Assembly (NCBI GenBank): GCA_964348425.1
Contig: CAYGCV010000001.1
Location: 1 to 42,694, forward strand
DNA: 42,694 bases
Reading direction: 5' to 3'
Origin: an uncultured Vicinamibacteraceae bacterium
GTDB taxonomy: Bacteria > Acidobacteriota > Vicinamibacteria > Vicinamibacterales > UBA8438
A program made the position numbers and the translations under genes. Positions 42,327 through 42,694 of the stretch are shown one piece after another (positions within the stretch are counted from its first letter, which is position 1; each line of letters opens with the position of its first letter). Below the pieces are notes generated by a model that saw only the letters and a list, made by a program, of their open reading frames with translations, made no database searches and was not told the origin of the DNA.

Positions 42327-42694
42327 GTGAGCGCCCCGACGACACCCGCCGAGGGTCAGATCCTGACCGGTCCGCTCTTCAACGAGCCGATGCGCGTGGA
42401 GACCGTCGCCGAGACGGGGACGGGCAGTTGGACGCTCGGTCTCGTCGGCACGCGGTCCGAACGCTTCCGGAGGGTATCGCTCGGGACGGCCGAGCTGGCG
42501 GGACTGACAGTTCTCGACAGCGGCTTCCGGTATGACGGAGACGGCGCATTGCTGCGGCTGGGACTGCAGGCGCACGCGCTCGGCATTGCCTGGGAGTTCG
42601 ACCCCTACTTCGGGCTGTCGGTCTCGCGCGTCGACCCGCTGCCGCACCAGTTGGAGGCGGTCTACGACCACCTGCTGAAGCTGGCGCGCGTGCG
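42327..42694 (+). CDS. 5' fragment of an SNF2/RapA-like helicase (open to window end)
   Basis: Not in the supplied track because there is no stop in the window. GTG 42327 gives 'VSAPTTPAEGQILTGPLFNEPMRVETV..FDPYFGLSVSRVDPLPHQLEAVYDHLLKLARV'. The 'PLPHQ..AV' Q-motif-like entry sits just before where a Walker A would lie. The start codon is uncertain (no SD). Confidence 0.55.
   Translation, partial: MSAPTTPAEGQILTGPLFNEPMRVETVAETGTGSWTLGLVGTRSERFRRVSLGTAELAGLTVLDSGFRYDGDGALLRLGLQAHALGIAWEFDPYFGLSVSRVDPLPHQLEAVYDHLLKLARV

Noticed and set aside
42264-42671. Minus-strand ORFs 42264..42671 (135 aa) and 42356..42586 (76 aa) after the tRNA
   Set aside because: They are shadows of the plus-strand helicase-like frame, which has a meaningful, motif-bearing translation and stays open to the window end.
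1-42694. Search for prophage, IS/transposase, integrase, reverse transcriptase, CRISPR-Cas or known multi-gene defence systems inside the window
   Set aside because: No ORF translation showed DDE/HUH transposase, tyrosine/serine recombinase, RT, Cas or phage structural signatures. The only mobile-type module is the Phd/VapC pair. The only island hint is the tRNA-Pro/helicase junction at the right edge.

Overview
Very GC-rich, densely coding bacterial chromosomal segment of 42,694 bp. I call about 41 protein genes and 1 tRNA. I saw no rRNA, CRISPR array, transposase or integrase. The gene content suggests an Acidobacteriota-like soil bacterium (inference only): a VWFA 'acidobacterial-type' secreted protein, a DUF2911 lipoprotein, a PQQ quinohemoprotein and a TPR-SLH lipoprotein. 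Most of the window is core housekeeping in tightly coupled operons: hemE-hemY; trxB; cysteine desulfurase-mnmA; a bactofilin-led operon ending in glpX; tsaC-hflX-TPR/SLH-pgsA; a roughly 10-kb ugd-galE-msbA-yicC-gmk-coaBC-udg-priA array; IHF/HU-S2P protease; der. The accessory-looking content has three parts. (1) A glycan-assembly locus without Wzx/Wzy/Wza at 20.3-31.5 kb. (2) A Phd/VapC toxin-antitoxin pair at 37.4-38.1 kb. (3) At the extreme right edge, tRNA-Pro(GGG) followed by the 5' end of an SNF2/RapA-like helicase ORF that runs off the window and is missing from the supplied ORF track; this may be an island or defence-locus boundary. Many long ORFs in the track are antisense or out-of-frame shadows typical of high-GC DNA and were rejected. 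Several track ORFs were trimmed to internal starts supported by homology-type N-termini, Shine-Dalgarno (SD) sites or start/stop overlaps. I do not see a complete, clearly novel multi-gene system inside the window. The best leads are the right-edge tRNA/helicase junction, the glycan locus, an unrecognised tandem palindromic operator at the cysteine desulfurase promoter, a recurrent TGCTATNNT extended -10 motif with apparently leaderless genes, a structured glpX-tsaC spacer with a possible tiny basic ORF, and a bactofilin/atypical methyltransferase-fold/SAM-hydrolase trio. All family assignments come from motif recognition by eye. No database search was run.
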